Assembly: GCA_050331235.1 (NCBI GenBank)
Contig: JBHJHA010000022.1
Location: 1 to 36,934 of the forward strand
Direction of reading: 5' to 3'
Length of the DNA stretch: 36,934 nucleotides
DNA from: Leptolyngbyaceae cyanobacterium
GTDB taxonomy: Bacteria; Cyanobacteriota; Cyanobacteriia; Phormidesmidales; Phormidesmidaceae
Below the pieces are notes generated by a model that was not told where the DNA came from, searched no databases, and worked only from the letters and a program-made list of their open reading frames with translations. Position numbers and translations under genes: made by a program. Positions 1 to 10,700 of the stretch are shown one piece after another. The first letter of the stretch is position 1. The number at the start of each line of letters is the position of its first letter.

Positions 1-139
1 TGTCGTTCTCCAAGAAACTAGAGAATCATATGGGTGCGATTTGGATGTTCATTCACGAATACAATCGCTTGATCAGGGAGCGGCTCATTAAGTCTGCCCA
101 TCCTGCTATTTCCTCTGTCCTTTACTAAATATCACTACC
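1..139 (+). mobile_element. Right end of an IS1-family insertion sequence (transposase 3' end plus putative right inverted repeat)
   Basis: The frame from nt 3 encodes an IS1 InsB-like C-terminus. It is followed by ATCACTACC (131-139), whose reverse complement GGTAGTGAT matches the GGT(A/G)(A/G)TG-type IS1 terminus. The left part lies outside the window. Confidence 0.8.
3..128 (+). CDS. IS1-family transposase (InsB-like), C-terminal fragment, 5'-truncated by the window edge
   Basis: Manual translation gives SFSKKLENHMGAIWMFIHEYNRLIRERLIKSAHPAISSVLY*. SFSKKxENHxGAIWxFIHxYN is the typical C-terminal motif of cyanobacterial IS1 transposases. Confidence 0.8.
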   Translation, partial: SFSKKLENHMGAIWMFIHEYNRLIRERLIKSAHPAISSVLY

Positions 140-590
140 TAACTATGGATTGAAAAAAGCTAGCTGTTAGCCTGAAAAGACGAAAAGCGACTTTTGACAA
201 GCGATTATAGGCGTCTTTTTATCGTCTTAAAATAATAAGCAATATTTGAGTTCAACAGGGAAGCGATTTTCACTGATCTCAATCGCTAACTTTTTGATAA
301 TTCAATGAGTGTCTCAAGACACCTTTCTTCAGTAGAAACTGTATGCATTTACTCCAAACTGGTATGGGATCGCAGAAAAACGGTCTGATATTTACCAAAA
401 AGGCTTGATTATAAAATCTTTCCAAAGGAATGCTATTGCTTGTCTAATTTGAAGTGGTCGAAAGCTTGATCGATGTTTAGGACTCCCAAAAGCTCAACTC
501 GTTGAGGGATGCGATTTTACGAGCTTTGGCATCAAGAATGTTGCAGACTGTTGAGTTTTATACAAACCGCTAAAGCTAATGGGATCAATG

Positions 591-633
591 GTAGTCGCGT
601 TTACAGCCGTTTCCTATGCATCAGTGTTACTTT
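591..633 (+). promoter_or_regulatory. Putative NtcA-activated (class II) promoter of the DUF1830 gene
   Basis: GTA-GTCGCGTT-TAC (591-604), a 23-nt spacer, then TACTTT (628-633, TAN3T) preceded by TGn. It ends 38 nt upstream of ATG 672. Confidence 0.5.
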
Positions 634-671
634 ACAGTAAGTCATCAATTGCAAACTTCTTTTGAATACTC

Positions 672-1010
672 ATGTCTCAGATTATCGATCATCTCCCCTC
701 TGACCAGTCCGGTGCCGTTCTTTGTTGCTATGTGAATGCTACTAGCAAGATGCAAATTGTGCGGATTACGAATGTTCGCGATTGGTATTTTGAACGAGTT
801 GTTTTTCCTGGTCAGCGATTGATGTTTGAGGCGCTTCCTCAGGCCCAGTTAGAGATTCATACGGGAATGATGGCCAGTGCCATCTTGTCAGACACGATTC
901 CGTGCGATCGTTTAGCGATTGATCCCGAAGAGAATGAGCCCTGGGAAAAGAATGTTACCTCACGGATGGATGCCACCGAACCGGCGGCGACCGTAACGGT
1001 GGCTGGCTGA
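672..1010 (+). CDS. DUF1830 domain-containing cyanobacterial protein
   Basis: The LCCYVNATSKMQIVRITN..WYFERVVFPGQRLMFEA...LEIHTG...SDTIPC pattern is typical of DUF1830. Confidence 0.85.
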   Translation: MSQIIDHLPSDQSGAVLCCYVNATSKMQIVRITNVRDWYFERVVFPGQRLMFEALPQAQLEIHTGMMASAILSDTIPCDRLAIDPEENEPWEKNVTSRMDATEPAATVTVAG

Positions 1011-1096
1011 CTTAGCCTTGTTTGCACATCGTGAGATTGATGGGCGCTAGCTTCAGCCTTGACCGCACTGCAGTTTGTTTAAAGATTTGCTCCCTG

Positions 1097-1128
1097 GCCG
1101 ATGACGATAATGTCATCGGCTTTTTTTT
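1097..1128 (+). terminator. Rho-independent terminator after the DUF1830 gene
   Basis: GCCGATGAC-GATAAT-GTCATCGGC forms a perfect 9-bp stem followed by T8. Confidence 0.85.
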
Positions 1129-1297
1129 GACTATCCGGAGTCTTAGGTTGGCGTGATGAAAACCTTTGGCGATCTCTAAGTCGATTGGGTGTAGACGATC
1201 AGAGGGGTGGCGGCCAGGCACAACATGCTGGGGCAAATGTCTTTTCTCGCTCTGCAAAGTGCGATCGCGGGTCGCCGCCAGGTTTAGACAATTTCGA

Positions 1298-1882
1298 TTA
1301 GAACCGAGAGCCATGCTGCTGAAGAAAGATGCTCTCTTGGGGGGTGCTGGCCCGGCCTAAACAGGCATTGCGGTGAGGAAACCGACCAAACCGAGCAATC
1401 ACATCGCGATGGCGATAGGCATAGTCTAGGCTGGACCGCAGTTCAGGGGCGGTCTGAACTAAGACCTCAAACAGAGCGATCGCCTGATCTTGATGAGCCA
1501 AATTCTCACTGTGTTCATACGGCAGGTAAAAGAATAGGCGCTCTACCGGCAATACTTGTTGGTCATGATGGCGGGCAACAGCTGTTTGGGCTACCTGCAA
1601 AGCTTGGGGATCAGCCTCAAAGCTGCGTGCCGTATTGCGAAACATGTTGCGAGGGAACTGATCCAACAATACAACTAGGGCCAGTGCAGACCGAGGTTGA
1701 TCCATCCAATGGGCGTAAGTTCCTCGGAGGGCATTTTCATAGGCGGCCAAAAACCTCTCGCGAATCGCTTGATCAAAGACGGGAGATTTCTCAAACCAAA
1801 TTTTGCGCTCTTTGCCATATTCCCCGGCCGACTCCCGCGGCTCGCCAAACCAAAAGTTAAGAATGTGGTGAGCGGTATCCAT
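1298..1882 (-). CDS. DUF924 family protein
   Basis: ILNFWFG, WF.K...FD..IRERF, LLDQFPRNMFR, FFYLPYEHSE and FGRFPHRN..LGR.ST motifs. Confidence 0.9.
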   Translation of the reverse strand: MDTAHHILNFWFGEPRESAGEYGKERKIWFEKSPVFDQAIRERFLAAYENALRGTYAHWMDQPRSALALVVLLDQFPRNMFRNTARSFEADPQALQVAQTAVARHHDQQVLPVERLFFYLPYEHSENLAHQDQAIALFEVLVQTAPELRSSLDYAYRHRDVIARFGRFPHRNACLGRASTPQESIFLQQHGSRF

Positions 1883-2014
1883 TGTTCGTCAGGGCAAACG
1901 GGACTAAGGACAAAGCGAAGCAGGATTTCACACCACAGCCCGGCAAAGCCAATAACGACAATCTTGCCAGACTGTGATGGGATTTTCTGCCGTCAACTCA
2001 GCGATCGCTGCCGG

Positions 2015-3541
2015 TTAAGCCCCGACTGCTTCTTTGGCGGCGTACATTACCTCAACGCTGATCTCTGCATGACCAGCCTCGCGGGCAAACTTTTCGGTGT
2101 TGCGCTTCACCTTGCCCCGTACAAAGCCTGGAACGCGCTTAAGCTCGGTCATAGCGTCAGCCGTCCATGACAGGTCAGACTCCGCTGACATGGTTTTGGT
2201 GATAACTTCCTTGGTGTCATGCCCCCCAAAGATTTCGAGCAGATGATCTTCCATGCCCAGGGTAAATGAGTTGTAAATCAGGTCGACCAGCTGATTTGAC
2301 CCCTCATAACCCAGGAAGGGTCGATAGCCTACGGGAAAGTTTTGAATATGGATTGGGGCTGCAATGACACCACAGGGAATATCCAACCGCTTGCCCACGT
2401 GGCGCTCCATTTGGGTGCCGAAGATGGCCGCAGGCTCTAGGGTCGCGATTTTGTCAGCGATCGCACCATTATCTTCGCTGATCAAAATCTCGTCGCAATA
2501 TTCGCCCACCTGCTGTCGGAACCACGCCTCATCGTATCGGCAGTAAGTGCCTGCCAGCACCACCCGAATGCCCATTTCCCGGGCCAGGATTTTGGTCATC
2601 GCCGCGGCGTGGGTACTGTCACCAAAGACTACGGCCTTCTTGCCTGTGAGGTTTTGACAGTCAATCGACCGTGAAAACCAAGCTGCGTTGGAGACAAACC
2701 GAGTTTGCTCGTCGATAAAGGCGTTGTAATCAACGGCAGCGCCCTGCTCATTGAGGATTTTTTGGATCGCCCGAATGCAGCGGGCTGTTTCCACAATGCC
2801 CATCGGCGTAATATCTACAAAGGGCTGGTCAAAGGTTTCCTGGAGATAGGTAGCCGTGGCCGGTCCCACTTCGCGATAGGGCACCAGATTAAACCAAGCG
2901 CGGGGCAAGGTTTTGAGCTGTTCCACTGAGGCTTTGTCCGGCAGTACGAGATTGACCTCGATGCCGAGCTCGCCCATGAGTTTGACGAGTTCGGTGCGAT
3001 CGTGGTTGTTGTGAAAGCCTAAGGTTGTCATCCCAATGATGTTGACGGACGGCTTTTCCGTCTTGTTGGTGATGAGCTGCCCTTTTTTCTCAGCCCGCTC
3101 TAAATAGAACTGGGTGATTTGCTGCAGTGTGCGATCGGCAGCCTGTAACTCATTGACCCGGTAGTGGTTGACATCAGCCAGTAGCACATCACACTGCGCA
3201 TCAAGGCTAGCCCGCTCAACAAAGTTTTGCAGGTCCTCTTGCAAAATGCTAGATGTGCAGGTGGGCGTCAACACAATCAAATCAGGGGTTTCTTCCTGAT
3301 CCTTGCGGACAATGTTGTCAACGACTTTTTCCTGTGATCCCTGGGCCAGTACGTGGCGATCAACAATGCTCGCTGTAACTGGCGTAAAGTCACGCTCCCG
3401 CTCCAACATCGAGCGCATCACATTAAAATAGTCATCCCCTAAGGGCGCATGCATAATCGCATGCACATTTTTGAAAGAGCTTGCAATCCTGAGGGTGCCA
3501 ATATGCGCAGGACCGGCGTACATCCAGTAGGCCAGTTTCAT
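2015..3541 (-). CDS. chlB: Light-independent protochlorophyllide reductase subunit B
   Basis: [15 protein letters not shown] start, [25 protein letters not shown]-terminal PCP_red domain ([17 protein letters not shown]). AGGAG RBS upstream. Confidence 0.98.
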   Translation of the reverse strand: MKLAYWMYAGPAHIGTLRIASSFKNVHAIMHAPLGDDYFNVMRSMLERERDFTPVTASIVDRHVLAQGSQEKVVDNIVRKDQEETPDLIVLTPTCTSSILQEDLQNFVERASLDAQCDVLLADVNHYRVNELQAADRTLQQITQFYLERAEKKGQLITNKTEKPSVNIIGMTTLGFHNNHDRTELVKLMGELGIEVNLVLPDKASVEQLKTLPRAWFNLVPYREVGPATATYLQETFDQPFVDITPMGIVETARCIRAIQKILNEQGAAVDYNAFIDEQTRFVSNAAWFSRSIDCQNLTGKKAVVFGDSTHAAAMTKILAREMGIRVVLAGTYCRYDEAWFRQQVGEYCDEILISEDNGAIADKIATLEPAAIFGTQMERHVGKRLDIPCGVIAAPIHIQNFPVGYRPFLGYEGSNQLVDLIYNSFTLGMEDHLLEIFGGHDTKEVITKTMSAESDLSWTADAMTELKRVPGFVRGKVKRNTEKFAREAGHAEISVEVMYAAKEAVGA

Positions 3542-3905
3542 AGGTGAGTCTCCTGTTGTGAGGTTCGATCTGCTTATGAGGTTTTTGCCGAAAACCCTCG
3601 CATCGCTTCACCCAGGCTTGACTCCAAACTGTCGGGTATTGAAATCGCTGTAGTCTAGGTTGTCAAATTCACTATAGTCAGCGACCGGGTGGCTTTCTCA
3701 AATGTGCCGCGAGCATTCACATACCGAAAAATTACGCAATATTTTGACTTGAGACGGGATGACCTGAATGAGGCGGAATTGAACTCGCACTCAACAACTT
3801 TTGTTGCTGCATGAAAGTAACTGATCGCTGGATCTATATCCCCTGGGGGTGTTTATATACCGACTGTTGACAAACGATAAAGTATGAAACAATTGACAAC
3901 GCACT

Positions 3906-5039
3906 ATGGCTGAAAATTCTGCTCACATTTTTGTGGTAGACGACTCTGCCGATAATCGTTTTTTGCTACAGGCCCTACTGGAAGATGAGGGCTATCAAAT
4001 CACGACCCTCGAAGGTGGCCATGAGCTGTTAGAGCAGGTGGGAGAGGCGCTGCCAGATCTCATTTTGCTTGACATCATGATGCCAGAGATGAATGGCTAT
4101 GAGGCGACTCGCAGGATCCGTAGCCTTGAGCACTTGCCCTTTATCCCAATTTTGTTAGTTACGGCCCACGAGCGCTCAAATGTGGTGGAAGGACTCGACA
4201 CGGGGGCCGATGACTTTATTCGCAAGCCTTTTAACGCTGATGAACTCCTGGCTCGCGTGAGGGCTCTGCTACGCCTCAAGCGCAGTGTGGATGCTGAACG
4301 GGAAATCACGCAGCAGCGAGACGATTTTGTATCGCGCCTAACCCATGATTTGCGGACTCCCCTAGTGGCGGCCAACCGAATGTTGACGTTGGTTACGGAA
4401 GACGCCTTTGGCGATATCCCACCAGATGCCAAAGAGGCGCTGACACAGACAATTCGGAACAATGACAACCTGCTGGCAATGGTCAATACGCTGCTGGAGG
4501 TTTACCGTTACGAAGCCGGTCGTAAAGAGGCGATGATTTCGCCTTTTAATCTCAAGCGTTTGCTAGAAGAGGTGGCGTCTGAGCTGAGACCGTTGGCCCA
4601 GGAGAAGCACCTCGAACTAAAGCTGGACGATCGCGTTGAGGCGCATGGGGATGAGCGACGCTATACCCTAATGGGCGATCGCTTAGAGCTGCGTCGGGTG
4701 ATGGTTAATTTGATCGGCAATGCGCTGAAATTTACCGATGCGGGCTTTGTGCAAGTGAGCTATGGCAAGGTTCCTGTGGATGAGCCTACCCATTGGAGTA
4801 TCAAAGTTCGGGATACAGGGGCTGGAATTTCTGCCACTGACCAAGCCGAAATTTTTGCGTGGTTTCGCCCTGGCAAACATCGCCGCTCAGATAGCGGATT
4901 AGGGCTGCATTTATCTCAACGCATTGTCAAAGCCCATGGGGGGTGTCTAGGTCTCCAGTCACAGGTAGGTAAGGGCAGCACCTTTGAGGTCAAGATTCCG
5001 CTAGAGCCGCCTACCCCATCGTCTGAAGCGGAGTCATAG
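3906..5039 (+). CDS. Hybrid sensor histidine kinase/response regulator (REC-HisKA-HATPase), cytoplasmic
   Basis: Receiver motifs VVDD...DLILLDIMMP...FIRKPF, H-box LTHDLRTPL, N-box NLIGNALKFT, G-boxes DTGAG and SGLGL. Confidence 0.93.
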   Translation: MAENSAHIFVVDDSADNRFLLQALLEDEGYQITTLEGGHELLEQVGEALPDLILLDIMMPEMNGYEATRRIRSLEHLPFIPILLVTAHERSNVVEGLDTGADDFIRKPFNADELLARVRALLRLKRSVDAEREITQQRDDFVSRLTHDLRTPLVAANRMLTLVTEDAFGDIPPDAKEALTQTIRNNDNLLAMVNTLLEVYRYEAGRKEAMISPFNLKRLLEEVASELRPLAQEKHLELKLDDRVEAHGDERRYTLMGDRLELRRVMVNLIGNALKFTDAGFVQVSYGKVPVDEPTHWSIKVRDTGAGISATDQAEIFAWFRPGKHRRSDSGLGLHLSQRIVKAHGGCLGLQSQVGKGSTFEVKIPLEPPTPSSEAES

Positions 5040-5562
5040 CAGTAGCGATAGGGCGATCGCGGGAGCGATAATCCAAAAAAATACCATTTGCAAGACTAAG
5101 CGTCCTTGAGTTCGTCTGGTTACCATAGGCTCTCACTCCTGCTCAAAACAGAGCTTTATTCGTAGCCGGGTCGTCATGTTTGGACTCAAAACAGTAAACC
5201 TTGGTCAGGCTTAGAACAGGCTGCCCACTTTCCCGCAGGTTGCGATCGCAGGCGGCCAAAATTCGAGATATTCACTGAGTGATCAAGCCAGTGTCGAAAG
5301 AAACGGAGCCAATGCAGCTTGACACTTACCTCAGATTGCAAAGAGCACCTGGTGGGGCCAGTCAGTCAATCGTGGAGGCCCGCGAGACGGTCAGAGTAAT
5401 TGGGGCTACCGCTGCTTCACGAGCTGAGCACTAAACTTAGCACTATTCAGCGGAAGTGGTTGCGGATGAACCAAATTGAGCCTCGTGCTGTGTAGTCCTG
5501 CTCAGTGATAGCCTACGGTCTGTGGTGCAATCTAAACCCACAGATTTTCTTTGGGATCGACG

Positions 5563-6708
5563 TTATTCTTGTTCACGGTTAGAACCTGCGGCGGCAGAAG
5601 ATGCCTGACTTTCTGCCTCGGGTGCCGTGCGACCCTCAGTTTGGGTGCCAAACCGCCACAGCACGGCGGCGGCTTCAGCCCGAGTCACTGGCTTCTCAGG
5701 GCGAAACAGCGTGGTGTAACCAAAGGCTCGGCTAAAGTTGGCGAAGTCGCCGAGTTGATAGTCCGCCGCGATCGCTCTCAACGCAAGTGGGTCAATTGTT
5801 GCTGTATCTTGAAAGCCCCACGCCTCGGCAACGGCCTCTGGGGTTGTCGTTGGTAACACCGATTGAACGTCTAGGGGCACCTTCCACAAAATCAGCGCTG
5901 CGCGTCCTAAGGGGGCGTCAGGGCGAAAATTAACGTCGGTGCTGCTGCCGGAAAAGGCGCTGGGAATGATCCCCGCCTCGGCTAAGCCTTGAATGGCCGC
6001 AAAATCCGGATCGCTAGCAGCTACATCTTTGAATGCTGGGGTATCGCTGCTGGTACCCGCTCGGAGGCGATCGCCCGGTTCATCGGCATAAATTGTGTTG
6101 TAGCTCTCAAACAGCCAGCGGGCATACTCGCGCCGCGTGATGGGTTGGGCAAAGAGCGATGTTGCTGAGTCGCTCGCTGCGTCCGCTGCGCCTGTAGCTT
6201 TTGGCGCTGGGTCCACCGTGAGCAACCCGAGCGCCTGCAAGTCGACAATGTAGGTTTGCAAATCGGCTGCCACGCCAGCAAATTCGGCCTCATTCGCGAT
6301 TTGCTCTGAGGCTATCGAGGGGGCATTTGTCGCTGCGGTTGCCGCCCAAACTGGACCGATGAAGTCCGGCTCTCCCGGCTCGGGGGCTGTCGAGGACTGA
6401 GCTGAACTGGCATCGCTGGAAGGCGACTCATCTTGACCTGATGGGGGGCTAGTTGCAGGGTCGTTGCCGCCGGAAGATGGCGCCTCACTCGGTGGGGTGT
6501 CGAGACCGGGAGCAGTTTTCTCTTCAGGCTCCTCAGTGTCCGCTTGGGATGCAGACTCGAACGGAGGTGCCTCCTCTAATTGCGGATCCGCTTCTAGCGA
6601 CTGTTGCACCGAGTTGCCAACGGAGCTGCCGGCACATCCCATTAGAAAGCTCAGGACTAGGGTGCTGGCGATCGCCTGACCTCGGTGGCTGTAAATAATC
6701 CGTCTCAT
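5563..6708 (-). CDS. S-layer homology (SLH) domain lipoprotein with an acidic Pro/Ser-rich linker
   Basis: Start reassigned to ATG 6708 (GGAG RBS). Lipobox LMGC. SLH motifs ITRREYARWL, FKDV....PDF..IQGLAEAGII, FRPDAPL and FRPEKPVTRAEAAA. Confidence 0.85.
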   Translation of the reverse strand: MRRIIYSHRGQAIASTLVLSFLMGCAGSSVGNSVQQSLEADPQLEEAPPFESASQADTEEPEEKTAPGLDTPPSEAPSSGGNDPATSPPSGQDESPSSDASSAQSSTAPEPGEPDFIGPVWAATAATNAPSIASEQIANEAEFAGVAADLQTYIVDLQALGLLTVDPAPKATGAADAASDSATSLFAQPITRREYARWLFESYNTIYADEPGDRLRAGTSSDTPAFKDVAASDPDFAAIQGLAEAGIIPSAFSGSSTDVNFRPDAPLGRAALILWKVPLDVQSVLPTTTPEAVAEAWGFQDTATIDPLALRAIAADYQLGDFANFSRAFGYTTLFRPEKPVTRAEAAAVLWRFGTQTEGRTAPEAESQASSAAAGSNREQE

Positions 6709-6789
6709 CTCTCCATCGAAAGCCGTTATGCTAGCCCTAACGTCGCTTATCACGCTAGCGCAGGATGACCCCTCTGGGAGATTTAAGTC

Positions 6790-7710
6790 ATGGTTGCTCA
6801 GCCACTCATTATTGACTGTGACCCTGGGGTAGACGATGCGATCGCCCTGATGCTGGCCCTGCGATCCCCGGAGTTATCGGTGCAGGCGATCACTGTGGTC
6901 GCGGGCAATGTACCTTTGCCGCTGACCCAGCGCAATGCCCGTCAGATTTGTGAGTTACTACAGCGGGACGACGTACCAGTTTATGCGGGCTGCCCGCGAC
7001 CGCTTATGCGATCGCTCATTACCGCCGAGGACATTCATGGCAAAACTGGTTTAGACGGCGCTGACCTGCCGGAGCCCAATCTGCCTTTACAGCCCGACCA
7101 TGCTGTTCAGTTTTTGGTCGAAACCCTCCAGGTAGCCTCCCGACCTATCACCATTGCCACCTTAGGCCCTTTGACCAATATTGCCGTGGCGTTAATTCAA
7201 ACGCCGACCATTGCTGAAAAAATTGACCATCTTGTCATGATGGGGGGCGGGATTACCCATGGCAATATCACGCCCGTAGCGGAATTCAATATTTACGTGG
7301 ATCCCCACGCGGCCAAAGTTGTGTTTGAGTCCGGCGTACCCATTACTTTGATCAGCCTTGATGTCACCCATCAGGTGTTGACCACGCCAGCTCGCCTCGA
7401 TGCGATTCGGGCTGTGGGTAACCCCGTGAGTGATATTGCTGCGTCAGTGCTCAGTCACTACGGTAAAGCTGACGAAGCTAAGTTAGGCACTAGCGGAGCC
7501 CCGTTGCATGATCCCTGTGTAGTGGCTTACCTACTGCGTCCTGATTTGTTCACGACTTATACGGGGAGCGTCCAAGTTGAGACCCAAGGCGAACTCACGC
7601 TCGGGCAAACCGTGATCGGTCTCCCCCGAGCATCGCTTTCCGCTGTCGAAATCGTGAATAGCGTTCAGGCCAATGGCGTTTATGACTTATTGGTAAGTCG
7701 GTTAGCTTAG
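6790..7710 (+). CDS. Nucleoside hydrolase (inosine/uridine-preferring family)
   Basis: DCDPGVDDA Ca-binding motif, HGKTGL, LGPLTN, MGG, AEFNIYVDP and LHDP. Confidence 0.93.
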   Translation: MVAQPLIIDCDPGVDDAIALMLALRSPELSVQAITVVAGNVPLPLTQRNARQICELLQRDDVPVYAGCPRPLMRSLITAEDIHGKTGLDGADLPEPNLPLQPDHAVQFLVETLQVASRPITIATLGPLTNIAVALIQTPTIAEKIDHLVMMGGGITHGNITPVAEFNIYVDPHAAKVVFESGVPITLISLDVTHQVLTTPARLDAIRAVGNPVSDIAASVLSHYGKADEAKLGTSGAPLHDPCVVAYLLRPDLFTTYTGSVQVETQGELTLGQTVIGLPRASLSAVEIVNSVQANGVYDLLVSRLA

Positions 7711-7772
7711 CCAGGAACAAGTCGCGATCTCTGACCGCCGATTGTGTAAGGTGCAGACTGATAGCTGTAGGG

Positions 7773-10700
7773 TTAGAGCCGATGGCGTGATGGCTGCACC
7801 TTTGTGGAGGTGGAGGACAGCGTTATACTCAAGCGATCGCGACCTAGCCCCTTGGCCCGGTACAGAGCATTATCAGCCTCACCCACGAGTCTATCAGCAC
7901 TTTTGCTCGGAATTGGAACGGTGCTGGCAATGCCCATACTAACCGTCACAATGTCGCTCACTGGGGAATCAGCATGGGCGATCGCTAAGGTTTCGATTGC
8001 CGTTTGGATTCGTTCGCCCATCAAAACCGCTCCTGCCAAATCTACTCCAGGTAAGATAACCGCAAATTCTTCACCGCCATAGCGAGCGATCAGATCGGAC
8101 GCTCTTTGCAGGACGCTCTTAGCCGCTTGCGCCACCTGTATTAGACAATCGTCACCCTGTTGATGCCCATAGCGATCGTTAAAGCGCTTGAAGTAATCAA
8201 GATCAAGCAAAATTAACGCGATGGGCTCTTGCTGCCGTACCAACATATTCCAGACGTCGCCTAGGTATTCATCAAATTTGCGACGATTGGCCACCTGGGT
8301 CAGTCCGTCCAAATTCACCAAAGCTTCCAACTGATGGTTGGCCTGCTGCAAAGACTGCTCAAGCTGGCGACGGTCAGTGACATCAAAAAAGACTAAAAAG
8401 TAGCCAACCACGGCTCCGTTTTCCCAGTCTGGCGTGAGCATGGCATTAATCGTGCGAGTAGTGCCATCAATCTGGTCAGTCTCGTAATCAAAATTTTGGG
8501 GAATACCCGTCAAAACGGCGTCAATGTAGACTTTGACCGTTTGATAGGCTATGTCGCCAATAATTTCCCAAACATATTTTCCAATGATTTCATCGGTGGT
8601 GATGGCACATCGCTCTTCGTAGGCTTGATTGACAAATCGATAGCGACGATCGCGATCGACATGGGCTATGCCAGCTGAAATCGAATCGGTGATTTTTCGG
8701 AGCTGTGCCTGGCTTTGCTGCAAGGCTTGAGTAACGCGTCGCTTTTCGACCATTTCTTGTCGGAGTTGCGCGTTAATACTGACTAATACAGCCGTCTGGT
8801 GCTTAACTTCATCCTCGAGTTCTTGAGAGTAGTTCTTCAAGATTTGCGCCGACCTTTGGCGCTGAGAAATATCTTGAAAGGACATCAAAGCATATTCAAC
8901 CTGGCCTTGTTCATCAAAGATGGGGGTACCCATCACCTCACAGGGAATCACCGTTTCATCTTGATGAATTTCCAAGTCCTCAGCCTTCGCACAGCTTCCC
9001 CGTAAAGCTTGGTTCACAGGCAGCTCTGCCTCGGGATAAAGTTTCCCCGTCCCTGACCGATATATCTGATAGGTGGCCGCAATGCCCGCCTCCCCTAGAT
9101 CCCTGATGACATGACCGTTTAAGAGCTGCTCGGCTTGATGGTTGAAATAGAAAATCGTTTTGTCAGGGTTATACACCACAACAGCAACGGGTAAGGCATC
9201 TAAGAACTGAGCTAGCTGTTGCTCGTGGGTCACGGTCAGCTGAATGGCTGCGGCCTCAAGCTGGTGCACTTGCCGGTAAGTCCGAATGCGTGCGAGCAGA
9301 GCGTCTCGGGTAAAGGGCTTGGCCAAGTAGTCATTCGCTCCTAGTTCTAACCCGAGGGCGATCGCTTGTGGCTGATTCAGGTTGCTCAGTAGGAGGATTG
9401 GCAACTGTTGGAGGTCATAGTCCTGCCGCAGGGTCTGAATCACCTCAAACCCAGTCATGCCAGGCATCATAACGTCCAGCAAAATCAAATCAGGAGTCAG
9501 ACCCTGCTCTAGGTATGCCAAAGCCGTGGGACCATCTGCGGCAACGGTCAGCTGATATCCAGCAAATTTGAGGAAATTTTGCAATACCCGTACATTGACG
9601 GGATCATCATCCACGATCAGAATGTGGGCGCGATCTAGATGATCCATTCGTGGGGAAGCAACCTCGGCAAGCTGCGCTGGGTGAGTCTCTACTCCAGGTA
9701 AATTGCCTGCGTCCGGAAAAATGTCGGTTGTTGTCGGGGGTGGGTCTGTCGCGCCTACGAATGTGGCAATGGTCTCTGGTTGAACGAGGGGCAGAGTGAC
9801 CGTAAACACCGAGCCCTGATTCACTTGAGACGTCACTTCGAGGGATCCATTTTGTAACGCTGCTAATTGATGGGCGATCGCCAGGCCCAATCCGGTTCCC
9901 TCAGGGCGCTGGTGGGACCGATGCCCCAATTGCTCAAAGGCCTTAAAGATACTGGCTTGTTTATTGAGGGGAATGCCGATGCCAGTATCGGCTACCGAGA
10001 TGGCGATCGTCAGTGGGTCCGCCTCAATTTGCTGGGCTGAGACCTCAACGATGCCCTCGGGGGTGAATTTGACCGCGTTATTGACTAGGTTGTGAATAAT
10101 CTGCTGCAGCCGGTGCTCATCGACATATAGCAGGGGCATATCAGCTGGTACGCGATTGCGTAACTGCAGCGGTTTAGCGGCGACAGTTCGCTGTTCTAAC
10201 TGCAGCACCATCGCGACCACCTCTCTGACACTGACCCATTGCGGATAAAGCTGGAGTTTTTGATACTTGAGCCTAGAACAATCTAGAATATCGTTCACCT
10301 GGTTGAGCAGCCGGTGGCCACTGTGGGCAATCAGGTGTAAATTTTGCTGCTGCTCCTGAGTCATGTTGCCCGTCGCCCCCGATAGCATTGACTCAGCAAG
10401 GCCAATCATGCCGTTAAGAGGCGTTTTTAGCTCATGGGAGGTATTGGCCAAAAAATCATCCTTTAAGGCGTCCAACCTCTGTAATTCAGCATTTTTTGCT
10501 TCTAATTCCGAAAAAGAAATTTTGAGCTGAGATGCCATCAAATTAAACGCATTAGCCAACCGATTCGTTTCGGTGATCATACTTGGCTGTACGCGCTGGT
10601 CGAGTTTGCCGAGGGCGAGGTCTTCGGCAGCTTTTGACAGGCGTGAAATGGTCCGCCGGATACCATATGTGGTGACGGCCCCTGCGAGGATGGCCACCCC

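Noticed and set aside
1012..1360. ORFs 1012-1314 (-) and 1166-1360 (+)
   Set aside because: No recognisable motifs. The first spans the terminator at 1097-1128 and both overlap the DUF924 3' end, so they are likely spurious.
5312..5434. 40-aa sORF with upstream GGAG
   Set aside because: The RBS spacing is only 3 nt and the sequence is not recognisable, so it is not called as a CDS.
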